In this document: positions 31,028-41,748 of the stretch, in pieces
Layout: every line of letters begins with the position of its first letter
How positions within the stretch are numbered: position 1 is the first letter of the stretch
Program-made: the position numbers and the translations under genes
From: an uncultured Nitrospiraceae bacterium
GTDB lineage: Bacteria > Nitrospirota > Thermodesulfovibrionia > Thermodesulfovibrionales > SM23-35
Reading direction: 5' to 3'
NCBI GenBank assembly: GCA_963727775.1
Contig: CAVSHB010000003.1
Location: forward strand, 512,001 to 576,000
Length of the DNA: 64,000 nt
The notes under the pieces: generated by a model
The model's input: only the letters and a program-made list of their open reading frames with translations
What the model was told of the DNA's origin: nothing
Databases searched by the model: none

Positions 31028-33379
31028 ATGAATGAAAAGCAAAAAAATGATGATTTTTACGAAAGGGAAGATTGGACGCTGTTCAGAAATCCCGAAACCT
31101 TACCGCAGAAAGCCGGTGTCCGCTCATTTTATATCCCAAAACTTGTTGCCAAAGAACTTGCCGATAATGCCCTTGATTCAGCCGGTCCGGGTAGCAAATG
31201 TCAAGTAGGCCTCATTGACAATGGTTTTTTTATTGAGGATAACGGACCCGGCATAATAAAGAGCGACGAAGGTATTGCTCGCCTGTTCTCTATGAAAAGA
31301 CCTATGACGTCTTCAAAGCAATTCCGCTTGCCGACGCGTGGCGCCCTAGGAAACGGGTTAAGGGTCGTGACAGGAGCCGTCTTCTGTTCTAAGGGCAGCC
31401 TAAAGGTCTCAACAAGTGGCAGAGCTTTAGAACTTATGCCGAGATATGATGGTTCTACAGATTTCAAGAGGATAGGCTCGTTTGATGGTCAAGGGACGAG
31501 AATTGACGTAACCCTGCCAGGATACGATACAGAGGATTGTCTACTCTGGGCGGAGTGGGCGATTGCATTTGCAGGAGGTGAGCATTACAAAGGTAATACA
31601 TCAGCACACTGGTACAGTTTGGAATCCTTCATTGAATTGCTCCGTTCTGCGCCAGAAGATAAGGAAGTTGCAGAATTTATAGCGGGATTTGACGGTTGCT
31701 CAGGAAAGAAAGCGGGGCAAATCGCAGGTAACCTCAGATCTAAGCCAACAAGATCTCTTACCGACGATGAGGCCAGACAGTTACTCCTAAATGCAAGGAG
31801 TGTCTCCAAACAAGTCAATTCCAAAAGACTTGGGTACGTGGGCAAGATTGGCGGATATACACTCCCTGAAAAAAAAGCGGGCTTATATAGGAAGGTTTCT
31901 CAGCATTACGGAATAGACTCAATCGTACCGTATATTGTGGAGGTATGGGCGAAGCCAAGTGAGGATTCTAACGTTCATTTTTTCGTGAACAGGACGCCTG
32001 TTGCTGCCTCATCTGAGTCATACTGCTTTTTCGACCAGGAAGAGAAGAAACTGACAGTGAATGGATGCAATCTTTACTTTACCGTCGAGGGGAAAAGGGA
32101 AACAACTCTATTGATCAGCGTTATAACACCTTATATGCCTCTCACTGATGATAATAAGAAGCCAGATCTAAATAATATGCGCAAAGACATAGTAGCAACA
32201 GCTCAGAAAGCAACGAAGAAGGCATCAAGGCTGAAGAAAGACGCCTCAGATTCTGAAAAGGAAAAGAATCAGAAAGAAGTAATCCTTAGTAATCTTGACC
32301 CGGGCATTTCAAAGGCAAGCGATGAAGGACATTATAGATATTCTGAAAGACAATTATTCTATGTGCTAAGACCTTTGTTGATGGAAGTCAGCAAGGACCC
32401 CGACTTCAATTACTTTAAGAAGGTGATCGCCGCTCATGAAAAAGAAATCGGTCATGACTTGCCAGGCATTTACAGGGATGAAAGAGGGTCAATCTATATA
32501 CCGCACATAGGGCAGCGCATTCCCTTGGGCACCCTTAAGCTAGAAAAACATATCCATCAAAAATATCTTTGCAACAAAGCCTTATACATCGAAAAGGAAG
32601 GTTTTTTTGAAATACTGATAGCTGAAAAATGGCCTGAAAAACACGATTGTATTCTTCTCACCTCAAAGGGTTTTGCATCTAGAGCTGCTAAGGATTACTT
32701 AGACATGATAGGTGAGACCGAAGAGGAGATACTCTTTTTTTGCGTTCATGATGCGGATGCGTATGGAACTACCATCCACCAGTCCCTTAGAGAGGAAACG
32801 CAGACTCGAGCGAGCCGCAAAGTCTATGTCGAGAACCTTGGACTAGACCCGTGGGAAGGCATTCAAATGGAATTGCAGGTTGAAAGAGTCGAGGATAAGA
32901 CACCGCGTGGCAATAAAAGAAAAAGAAAACCCGTGGCACAATATATAAAGGAGGAGTTCAAGGTACTTCCACCAGTCGACTATTACTGCAGCACTTGGGA
33001 TGATTGGTTACAGGACTATAGAATAGAACTTAATGCGATGGATACCCCCACATTTCTTCAATGGCTGAACAATAAGATGGTTCAGTATGGTAAGGGCAAG
33101 CTAATCCCTCCCACTGAAGTCTTGTCGGCAACCCTTAAGGAGGAGAGTACAACGCAACTAAACAGGGCATTATATGAGCAGATAAATGCAAAGCTGAAGA
33201 TTGATGAGAGAGTGGAAAAAGAAACGCGAAAGCTCCTTCCAAAGGTGTTGAGCGAAACTGAAACTTTGAGCAAAACTTTACCTGCGCTGATCGAGAAGGA
33301 ACTTTCAGAAAAGCAGTGGGAATCATGGAAAGATCCGGTAAAAAGACTGTCCTATAAATTAATAAAAAAAGTGCTCTGA
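31028..33379 (+). CDS. DNA topoisomerase VIII (fused type IIB B+A subunits)
   Basis: GHKL motifs ELADNALD, DNGPG, RGALGNG; RQLFY catalytic Tyr; TOPRIM IEKEG and HDADAYG; IELNAM. Confidence 0.85.
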   Translation: MNEKQKNDDFYEREDWTLFRNPETLPQKAGVRSFYIPKLVAKELADNALDSAGPGSKCQVGLIDNGFFIEDNGPGIIKSDEGIARLFSMKRPMTSSKQFRLPTRGALGNGLRVVTGAVFCSKGSLKVSTSGRALELMPRYDGSTDFKRIGSFDGQGTRIDVTLPGYDTEDCLLWAEWAIAFAGGEHYKGNTSAHWYSLESFIELLRSAPEDKEVAEFIAGFDGCSGKKAGQIAGNLRSKPTRSLTDDEARQLLLNARSVSKQVNSKRLGYVGKIGGYTLPEKKAGLYRKVSQHYGIDSIVPYIVEVWAKPSEDSNVHFFVNRTPVAASSESYCFFDQEEKKLTVNGCNLYFTVEGKRETTLLISVITPYMPLTDDNKKPDLNNMRKDIVATAQKATKKASRLKKDASDSEKEKNQKEVILSNLDPGISKASDEGHYRYSERQLFYVLRPLLMEVSKDPDFNYFKKVIAAHEKEIGHDLPGIYRDERGSIYIPHIGQRIPLGTLKLEKHIHQKYLCNKALYIEKEGFFEILIAEKWPEKHDCILLTSKGFASRAAKDYLDMIGETEEEILFFCVHDADAYGTTIHQSLREETQTRASRKVYVENLGLDPWEGIQMELQVERVEDKTPRGNKRKRKPVAQYIKEEFKVLPPVDYYCSTWDDWLQDYRIELNAMDTPTFLQWLNNKMVQYGKGKLIPPTEVLSATLKEESTTQLNRALYEQINAKLKIDERVEKETRKLLPKVLSETETLSKTLPALIEKELSEKQWESWKDPVKRLSYKLIKKVL

Positions 33380-33745
33380 AGAGTTTAGCAGACTTCTGAA
33401 AAAATCTTTTTTTTCAGAGGAGAGTTTTCTTGGTCTTGAGATCCTCAAGTTCTGCAAGCAACCCGGGCATTTATTACGCACTTAAACATAGGTTTTGCCA
33501 AAGCCTACCTGATTGCGGTGCGGCCTCCTCGCTAACTTTGTGGATTGAGTGTCGTGCCGAAGCGATACTCCTTCATCACTTTTCAAGATCTTCTGGCATG
33601 CTTACCAGCCCGTCTGCGAAAAATAGGCTTTTATTCCTTTTACCATAGAAAACCCGCTTTCGATGCCTATCTTACATGAGTTAAAAGCAATGCAAACCCA
33701 CACGCAGTGTATGTTTTTTCCCCCCGATAGCTAATATCCAGCAGC

Positions 33746-33773
33746 GGGGTAACATTTTGCAAAATGTTACCCC
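33746..33773. repeat. perfect 28-bp palindrome
   Basis: GGGGTAACATTTTGCAAAATGTTACCCC is its own reverse complement. Confidence 0.9.
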
Positions 33774-34162
33774 CTTCTATTTACAAGAGATAGTTGTGAG
33801 GGACTCCACACGCGTCTCTATATCCGAAGAAAAAAAAAATTTAAAAAATTATGGAAGGCGACTTGACATTCGTGTTCTCCCAAAAGATATATGGGTAAGG
33901 GGTAAGAAAGGAGGAGAACATGTTAACAGAAAACAAGCTTTTAACTATCTTGAGAGCCCCTACAAGAATCTTGATGAGGCAAAGCGTAAAAGGTTCCTGG
34001 TTATCCTTTTTAGAGCAGATGGCAAAGGAACCGAAGAGGACATCTCCAAAATCAAGATCGTAGGTGACGAGATTTTTTATGTCCAGGGCATTGAACCGAG
34101 GGAGGTAATGATAAAAACCATGATCAAAAAAGCCTGTAAGAAGGCAAAGGAGGAAAAGCAAT

Positions 34163-34579
34163 ATGATGACGTGTAGAAAAGCTGTTCAGGGATCTTTCTG
34201 GATAGATGAGGAAATTACCGAGATATCCAAACCAGCGGTAGAGTTTTTGGGAATGGCAGGAAGGATGCTTTATACGAGCAAGAGCATGAGGAAGCCCACA
34301 ACCATATTCAATGCAAACATATTCAATAATCAGGCCAAGAAGATATGGTTCGGCGACTTAGAGATCGAAAGGGACAGAGAGGAATTATTGAAACTTTCTC
34401 TGAGGATAGGGCCTCTTTATATCCTTTATGAATCAGACGGAAGGTTTCTCGAACGGAAGCCATCGTCTGGCCTGATAAGAAGCAAAGCAGTAGTAATCGT
34501 CGAAAAAGGACAAATCCTGTGCACGAAGGATTTTGCCGAGAGAGTCCGCATACTAAAAGGAAGAATGGAAAATGGATAG
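34163..34579 (+). CDS. hypothetical protein
   Basis: AGGAGG RBS, 138 aa. Confidence 0.6.
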   Translation: MMTCRKAVQGSFWIDEEITEISKPAVEFLGMAGRMLYTSKSMRKPTTIFNANIFNNQAKKIWFGDLEIERDREELLKLSLRIGPLYILYESDGRFLERKPSSGLIRSKAVVIVEKGQILCTKDFAERVRILKGRMENG

Positions 34580-34624
34580 GGATAATTTGGGAACTAATAT
34601 TAACACCTTTTTTATGGAGGTATC

Positions 34625-35251
34625 ATGACAAAGAAAACCAAGACATATGTTCTCGATACAAGTGTCTTAATTAATGACCCGGATGTCTTTTACAAACTCG
34701 GAGACAGTCAGATAGTCATTCCGACGGCGGTCATCAAAGAGATAGACGGACTTAAAAGGAACCCCGACCCGGAGGAACCAAGGGCAAAGGCTGCGAGAAA
34801 GGTGTCCAGAATGCTTGACCGGCTCGGCAGTAGTCAGGATATCTCGACCGGGGCTAAAACCTATGCGGGATCCACTGTGAGAATAAGCACCAAATACCAG
34901 GTTATCGATGACCTTGCGAGCAATGCCGACAACAGGATAGTGGGCACGGCGATAAGACTGAAAGAAGAGACACAGTCCAATTTAATCCTCGTCAGTACCG
35001 ACGGCAATATGCGGAGTGTGACAAGATCATACGGGATTAAAGCGGAAAACTATCCGTTCTACCTCGGCGATGCATTCGACAGATCAAAAGCAAGCCTTCT
35101 TGAACAGCAAACTTCTTCGCTTGACTTATATCCGTTCTACCCGTCGAGGCATAAAATGAAACGCCTTAATAGAAGATTGACCTTTAAACAAAAGGCCAGA
35201 TTCGCGGTAGCACTGGCCATCATTATCGTTCTGTTCACTATAGTTCGATAG
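34625..35251 (+). CDS. PIN-domain protein (PhoH2-type PIN) with C-terminal TM helix
   Basis: YVLDTSVL, EIDGLK, ADNRI, STD.NMR; hydrophobic tail. Confidence 0.82.
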   Translation: MTKKTKTYVLDTSVLINDPDVFYKLGDSQIVIPTAVIKEIDGLKRNPDPEEPRAKAARKVSRMLDRLGSSQDISTGAKTYAGSTVRISTKYQVIDDLASNADNRIVGTAIRLKEETQSNLILVSTDGNMRSVTRSYGIKAENYPFYLGDAFDRSKASLLEQQTSSLDLYPFYPSRHKMKRLNRRLTFKQKARFAVALAIIIVLFTIVR

Positions 35252-35674
35252 GAATATGACAGATCACCTATTGATCTCGGGTTGGATTATAGAGCTTGGG
35301 AGTGGAACATGGGAATTTTGTTGGGAAATATTAAAAAGAATAAGTAGGATCATCGATCGATCCGAACGCAGCCATCAGAAGGTAGGTAATCATGAAGATT
35401 AATAGATTTTTCCTTTATATAGTTCTGAGTATAGTCTTGATATGTGCGGGCGCCGCGCTTGGTGGACAGCGCGGCGTACTGATGGGAGTGATCGCATCCG
35501 TTGTGCTTGCAGTGATTATGAAAAAGCAGAAGCCTCAATATAAGGAGGTGAGAATGACCGATGAAAGGACCAGATGCCCCTATTGCGCGGAAGAAATACT
35601 TGCAACGGCCAGGAAGTGCAAACATTGCGGCGAGTGGATCGGGAAAGCGGGGGGAAATAGCTCCAGTGCGGCTA

Positions 35675-36888
35675 GTGTCACGACAACCTTGTAATGTCGT
35701 ACAGAATGTGGTATATTTTCTTCATAATCAACATAGGAGGATTGGCTATGAAGAAATACATCGTGACACTTGCCGAAGACGAACGCGAAGCTCTTGGTGA
35801 ACTCACTTCCAAGGGCAAGCACAAATCACAAAAAATCCTCGACGCGCTGATTCTGCTTGGGTGCGATGAGGGCGGGTTCCAGACAAAACGTTCGACTAAC
35901 GAAGAAATAGCGCGCGTGTTGAATACAAGCATGAGAAAAATTGACCGTGTCAAGAAGCGATTTGTCGAGGAAGGTCTTGATGTTGCTCTTAATGGCAGAA
36001 AAGGAAGCCGCATCTATGCTAAAAAGGCAGACGGAGATTTCGAAGCCCATTTGATTGCATTGAGTTGCAGTGAGCCACCCGAGGGTTTCGCGCGGTGGTC
36101 TCTGAGGTTATTAGCCGACAAGGTTGTCGAGCTTGACTACATAGGCAGCATCTCTCATGAGGCGGTACGCCGCATTTTAAAAAAAATGAAATCAAACCTT
36201 GGCAACACAAGGGGTGGGTAATTCCACCGGAGCAAACCGGCAGCTTTGTTGCGAACATGGAAATGGTGCTGGACGTTTACAAGCGTCCCATCGATCCAAT
36301 TTATCCAGTTGTATGCATGGACGAATCTCCAAAGCAGTTGATCGCGGAGACAAAGGTCCCAATCCCTGCATCACCAGGGGAGGTGGCCAAACACGACTAT
36401 GAATACAGGCGTTGCGGCGTATGCAATATTTTCCTTGCCTGTGAGCCATTGGCAGGAAAACGCATGGTCAAAATCACAGAAAGAAAAACCAAGGTGGACT
36501 GGGCTTGTTTTATACAAGAGATCGCCGGTCAATACGAAAGTGCAGAAAGGATAACGTTGGTGATGGATAACCTGAACACACACAACCCTGGATCGCTCTA
36601 TGAAGTGTTTGCGCCAGATAAGGCAAAGGCGTTGTGGGACAGGTTTGAGTTTGTGTATACCCCGAAGCACGGAAGCTGGTTGAATATGGCCGAGATAGAA
36701 TTGAACGTGCTTACGGGCCAGTGCCTGAACAGAAGAATCGACGATATCAAAATTGTTAGTAAAGAGGCAGTGGCATGGCAGAAATTCAGAAACAACAAAA
36801 ATGCGAAGATTAATTGGCAATTCACTGCCGAGGATGCCAGGATAAAACTATCTCGTCTCTATCCGACGCTTGAGAGTTGACGAGACAC
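35675..36888 (+). mobile_element. IS630-family insertion sequence
   Basis: IRs GTGTCACGACAAC / GTTGACGAGACAC flanked by TA duplication. Confidence 0.9.
35748..36880 (+). CDS. IS630 transposase, orfA+orfB joined by -1 frameshift at A8 (36179-36186)
   Basis: HTH orfA; -1 frame NEIKPW...MDE...MDNLNTH...SWLNMAE. Confidence 0.88.
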
Positions 36889-37449
36889 TAGAGCCGTAAG
36901 TAAGGGCATGAAAGACACGGGCTATAGTTGGATGGTGTTCAAGTTCAAGTTTTGGTGCCTGCTCGCCGCATTGTGGGCTCTCATTTATGAGATAAATGAA
37001 ACATTCATAAAGTTCGGTATAAGACTCGCAGACGGCAAGCACGATACAGTAATCGCCTGCATATTTATAGTGGTAGGTATTTTGGGACTCGTAGTGTTAT
37101 CACGTATTGCCGGGCAGTATTACGACGAGTAACAGTCCAATAAAATGTGTTTCGGCGACTTATCGACGAAAGAGACGGGGAGACGATCCGAGCAGTGGAA
37201 ATAGAAGATCAATTTCCCAAAATATGACATGTGGCCCATAGTGATAAAACCGCATATCGCTGCTATCAATCACTTTCCTAAAATGGTATATTTCTACCAG
37301 CAGAGACATCCCTTTACTACGTGATACACCCTGCGGTCCCTGTCGCAGGTCCATTGAAAGCGACCCACAGGGTCAAAGCCCTGTGGTGTCGCAATGAAGT
37401 TATGTACGTATTATCCCAGAGTTTTGTAGTAGACAGCCTTGCTTCAGTT

Positions 37450-38530
37450 TCATGGAACAACAGTGGCAATCCCGCCTTCCTCTACCATAAGCCACTTGGT
37501 TTCCAGAAAACCTTTCTCACAGAAATTATATGTTGTAGTAAAAAAGACTCTATAATAGAGCTTGTGTATTTCCTCTTTCCTTTCAGCATCGTCAACTTTT
37601 TCTTTTTGGGCCTCGATATACTTGGTGAAACCGGCACGCAGGACGTCAATCCTTGCCGAATCAGGACAGATGATCATCGAAAGCCATTTGTTTGAATCAT
37701 AAAGCGCACGCGCCTTTGCGGCAACAATATGTGGCTTCGTTTGCCCGTTGTCCAGTGTAACAGCCATATTTTTTATCCGCACTTCTTTCCCCGCGTTATA
37801 GGTAAGTCCCACATATAGGTCAGGGTAATGCATGTTTTTGGATCCTTGAGATTCTTCCATCAGGTAATTTCTGTCTTTCATATCGTATTCATAGATTAGC
37901 CTTCCTGCCTCGCGCTTGATGGTCTTTACAATAGAAACGACCTGTAACTCATGTGATAAAGTGTCCTTGCTGGGAAGAACATTCCTTATGTGTTCGGGAT
38001 TAAATCCGTGTTTTTCTGCGAGTATTTGGATCGCACGGGGAGCAAGTACGTACAGGGCTCCCATCCCGTTGTCTTTGCTGCGTGGATAAATGCGGGATAT
38101 GATATAGCCTCCTCTCTTCAGTTTGGAGAGTCTTCCTATCAGCGCGCCATCCGACATATTTCTGCTGTAGCCTGTCTCTTTATCGTCGTAAGTTCCTTCC
38201 TCCCGTGATGGGAATTGCTTAAGATCATTCCTGATCTGGTCCCGCGCCGCTGGCCCGCTCGCCAGCGTGCGAAATATGTCAATATCCCTGGAAGTAGCAA
38301 AAGTTAATATCCTTTTCTTTTTTTTCTTCTTCCTTTTAGCAGGGATGTCAGTTAGCTCCGCCATCCTGGAAGCTATAACTTCGTCACTCGCGCCGATTTC
38401 GAACAAAATGTCACTGGTCGGGTCGGTCACCTTTCTGACAGTCTCTTTAATACCAACTCCTCCATTGTCCTTTGATGCATTCTCAAGAAAATCCCGCGTG
38501 CTGAAGTCTTCGTCTACTTTTTTAGTCGTC
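37450..38530 (-). CDS. Replic_Relax-like protein
   Basis: SRDIDIFR, RLSKL...GYI, HELQV, YPDL...LDNG; GGAG RBS before ATG 38530. Confidence 0.62.
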
Positions 38531-38929
38531 ATTTTTGACTCTCCTTTCGTATCAAAATATATATAAATATTACAAACGGCCTTGAACTGAATTGACTCCC
38601 TTATTTTTTGCTGCACAGTGCCGCGCCGTTTTCGTTTTTTCTACCACCCCGTTACTGCACACCGTATCTGCTTTTTTGGTCAATGCCACAATTTAGAGTT
38701 TTTATTTTGAAAATCACGATTATTTCTGTGTGAGAAGGGATTCTGCGCTGTCCACATGATAATCCTCACCTCGAGCATATGGCCGACTGTGTTGGTAGAA
38801 CTGTTGCAAAAGCCAGTGCTGTTATCGCCTACATCGATAGCAGTAATAAGGCGGATATAAATAACCTTTTAATGGGTTCAACCAAACAAAGTCAGGATAT
38901 TTTTGCATGCGGATTGGTAGAATATTTTT

Positions 38930-39409
38930 GTGAACCATGGTGTGAGGAAAATCATCTCCGGCGGTCAGACCGGTGCCGATAGAGCAGGCCTTGATGCGGC
39001 GATAGACCTGGAGATAGATTATGGAGGGTCAATTACCAAAGGGAGAAGAACCGAGGACGGCACACTCCCTGAAAGGTACGATAAGATTACAGAACTGGAG
39101 ACCACAAGTTACCCGGCAAGGACGGAGAAAAACGTGGTGGATTCCGATGCCACGGTTATATTTACCTATACTGAGATAGGAGCCGGGTCTGCCCTTACCG
39201 TAGAATTGGCCAAGAACCACAATAAACCACATCTGCATATCAATCTTGAAAATATGAGAAACGGTGACGCCATTAAAGATGTCTCCGAGTGGCTTGATAA
39301 AGTAAAGCCGACAGTTCTGAATGTCGCCGGATCACGAGAATCCGGGGCGAATGGCATATACAACCGGGTTTATGGCATCCTGAAGGCAGTACTGAAAGAT
39401 GATGCATAA
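38930..39409 (+). CDS. putative molybdenum-carrier / YpsA-like SLOG family protein
   Basis: KIISGGQTGADRA.LD, RT..NV.DSD, LNVAG.RES. Confidence 0.85.
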   Translation: MNHGVRKIISGGQTGADRAGLDAAIDLEIDYGGSITKGRRTEDGTLPERYDKITELETTSYPARTEKNVVDSDATVIFTYTEIGAGSALTVELAKNHNKPHLHINLENMRNGDAIKDVSEWLDKVKPTVLNVAGSRESGANGIYNRVYGILKAVLKDDA

Positions 39410-39586
39410 GGAAGAGTTCATTGCCCTCGTATGGCGGCTTGAGGAAATGCCGAGTCACACAGGTTATTGAAGTAGTATCCGGAAACAACAAAGTTTCGCT
39501 TAGACAATAAAGTTTCAACATTTGCGGATGTACATGTTGACAAACATGTTCCTTAGTGACTACAATAGCTACATAGGAGGTTTATT

Positions 39587-39871
39587 ATGATAACAGCTGG
39601 AATTCGTGATCTGAAAAATCAATTACCTAAATATATCGAACTAGTCAAAAAAGGTGGGACGGTAATCGTCACCGACCGCGGGAAGCCCGTGGCTATTCTG
39701 CATGACCTTTCCAACATCGAGGTTAACGCTGGGCAAGACGAGGTTCTTGCATCATTGGCTGCCGACGGCAAGGTGAGACTCCCTATGAGACCGGGTGGTA
39801 TCAGGAAATTCAAGGGCACAGTGATAAAAGGGAAGTCCATTTCTGAAACTATCGTTGAGGATCGCCGATGA
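39587..39871 (+). CDS. Phd/YefM antitoxin
   Basis: GIRDLKNQL..Y, VTDRGKPVA. Confidence 0.88.
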   Translation: MITAGIRDLKNQLPKYIELVKKGGTVIVTDRGKPVAILHDLSNIEVNAGQDEVLASLAADGKVRLPMRPGGIRKFKGTVIKGKSISETIVEDRR

Positions 39872-40302
39872 TATATTTTGACACAAGCGCTTTGGCAAAG
39901 AAATATTTCATAAATGAGAAGGGGCATGGTAAGATTCTTAAAATTCTGAAAGCAAATCCCCATAAGCTATTCTCATCTGCCCTGACTTACATTGAAGCAC
40001 TTTCGGCACTTACCCGACGGAAACATGAGATCCGGGATTACGATGAAGCGATTATCACACTCAAAGATGACTGGGATGCATTCAGTGTGTGGGCTATCAG
40101 CGATGAAATCTTAACTTCAGCCGCAGGCCTGATAACGCGTCACCGTCTACGGTCTGCTGATGCAATCCACTTGGCTACCGCCCTCAGTATCAGGCAACAT
40201 ATGAAGGAAACGCCTCTTTTTGTTTGCAACGACGCCGACCTCGGACAAGCTGCTGAGAAAGAAGGGCTTTCGGTTATTGATCCCGCAGTAGAAGAAAAAT
40301 AG
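39868..40302 (+). CDS. vapC: VapC PIN toxin
   Basis: YFDTSAL.K, LRSADAIHLA. Confidence 0.9.
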   Translation: MIYFDTSALAKKYFINEKGHGKILKILKANPHKLFSSALTYIEALSALTRRKHEIRDYDEAIITLKDDWDAFSVWAISDEILTSAAGLITRHRLRSADAIHLATALSIRQHMKETPLFVCNDADLGQAAEKEGLSVIDPAVEEK

Positions 40303-40634
40303 CTTCACCTTTAGATTCAATCCACGGGCTGACAGCTCCCCTCAAAAAGTAAGAACTTTGACGTCATGGGCTTTTTGTTCGAAGTATATAAATCAACAGG
40401 TTAGGTTGTCCCTTTGTCGCGACTTTATTGTCTGCGGATAAGTAGTCAGATCGGCAACTGTAGCGGCCAGTGCGAGGTCTCCGGTCCAGGTTATTCGCGA
40501 TGAAGGATTTCTGGGTCTTCTCGAAGTACGTCGTTATCGCGAACACACACGGGGAGGGGACTATGTTTAGAGAACTCGTAGACTTCGATATGAAACTTCT
40601 TTCATTATTTACAAGAATTGTCTTTGCCCGCCCG

Positions 40635-40667
40635 TTGACTACAATGATAATATAAGTTATCATTGTA
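40635..40667 (+). promoter_or_regulatory. promoter with overlapping 11-bp inverted-repeat operator
   Basis: TTGACT-17-TATCAT; TACAATGATAA-N6-TTATCATTGTA. Confidence 0.65.
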
Positions 40668-40673
40668 ATAATC

Positions 40674-40958
40674 ATGAATGCTTTATACAAGCTAGCGTTC
40701 AGGAAATTTGTGAAGAAACAGAAGAGGGCTTTTCAACTTGCCATTGAAGATGAGATTTATGAGGTTATTAAGACCCCCCGATCTGGTGAGCAAAAGAAAG
40801 GTGATCTGGCGGGCTTAAGAGTTCATAAGTTCAAATTTCATGGGCAGGAATACCTTGTGGCATATTCAATCGAGGCACGAGACGTGGTGTTTTATATGAT
40901 AGGTACTCACGAGAACTTTTACAGGGAGCTGAAGAGCTATCTGAAGGAGGAGGATTAG
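40674..40958 (+). CDS. RelE/ParE-like toxin
   Basis: GE.KKGDL, VHKF, G.HENFYRELK. Confidence 0.85.
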   Translation: MNALYKLAFRKFVKKQKRAFQLAIEDEIYEVIKTPRSGEQKKGDLAGLRVHKFKFHGQEYLVAYSIEARDVVFYMIGTHENFYRELKSYLKEED

Positions 40959-40960
40959 AC

Positions 40961-41257
40961 ATGATAACAGCAGAGAAAGTTTACAAAGAAATCCTCGAAA
41001 TGCCTTTAAAGGAAAGGGAGAGGCTTTTTACAGTAATTGCACGGCAGGGCTTTGAGAAGGATACTTACACTCACGCAGAAGTGTTTGAAGACCTCAATGA
41101 GCCCTTTACGATAAAGGAGGCCGCTGAGTATTTCGACGTTGCGGAAATCACAGTCAGACGATGGGTAAAGGAAGGATCCCTTAAGTCGCGGAGGATAGGC
41201 AGGAGTATAGTGCTTAATCCCGACGATCTAAGGGATTTCAAGAGGTCAAGGAACTAA
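40961..41257 (+). CDS. excisionase-type HTH protein, probable antitoxin
   Basis: TIKEAAEY..V...TVRRW...G.L; coupled to toxin. Confidence 0.7.
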   Translation: MITAEKVYKEILEMPLKERERLFTVIARQGFEKDTYTHAEVFEDLNEPFTIKEAAEYFDVAEITVRRWVKEGSLKSRRIGRSIVLNPDDLRDFKRSRN

Positions 41258-41571
41258 ATTTCTCCGGGTCATCATATCCGAATAGCCAGTGATCTTTTGG
41301 CACTCTTGCGTATTCCGGTTATTCCGTCGGGTCGTTTCAAACGGGCCGCTCGTACAGGGGCGTTCTGAATTGACCAGGATTATTTGATTACGACGCTCTC
41401 ATACGTGCAATATTATTGCGCCCTCCACCTGAAATCCCTCAGTGCGGACTTCTCGCCGAACGTGTTGAATTCCGAAAATAACTACCATCCTTTAGAGTTC
41501 AGTCCGTTTCTCGCTATCTTCCTGTAATTGACGGTGAAACCCTTAAAATAATGTAGACTTCATTAATCTCC

Positions 41572-41697
41572 ATACCCCGCCGTCTCTGCGGCGGGCACCT
41601 TACGTCGTCGGGGTGCAGGGCGTCGGAGCGAAGCGCAGACCCTTGCCGACCCACGGGGTCTAATACCCCGTGGTGTCGTGCCGAGCAAAGCGAGGTT
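41572..41697. repeat. GC-rich double-hairpin element (REP/MITE-like)
   Basis: CCCGCCG/CGGCGGG and CCACGGGGT/ACCCCGTGG stems. Confidence 0.45.
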
Positions 41698-41748
41698 TAG
41701 TTATTCAGAAATCAATACCGAGTAAATTGCGGTAAAAGAAAGAGTCGA

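Larger units (their letters stand above)
35392..37132 (+). pseudogene. zinc-ribbon membrane protein interrupted by IS630
   Basis: CPYCAE...KCKHCG; removing the IS joins 35392-35674 in frame to 36891-37132. Confidence 0.8.

Noticed and set aside
33757..34176. 139-aa ORF
   Set aside because: Start overlaps the palindrome and the strong RBS at about 33909 points to another frame; may be a frameshifted small gene but cannot be supported.
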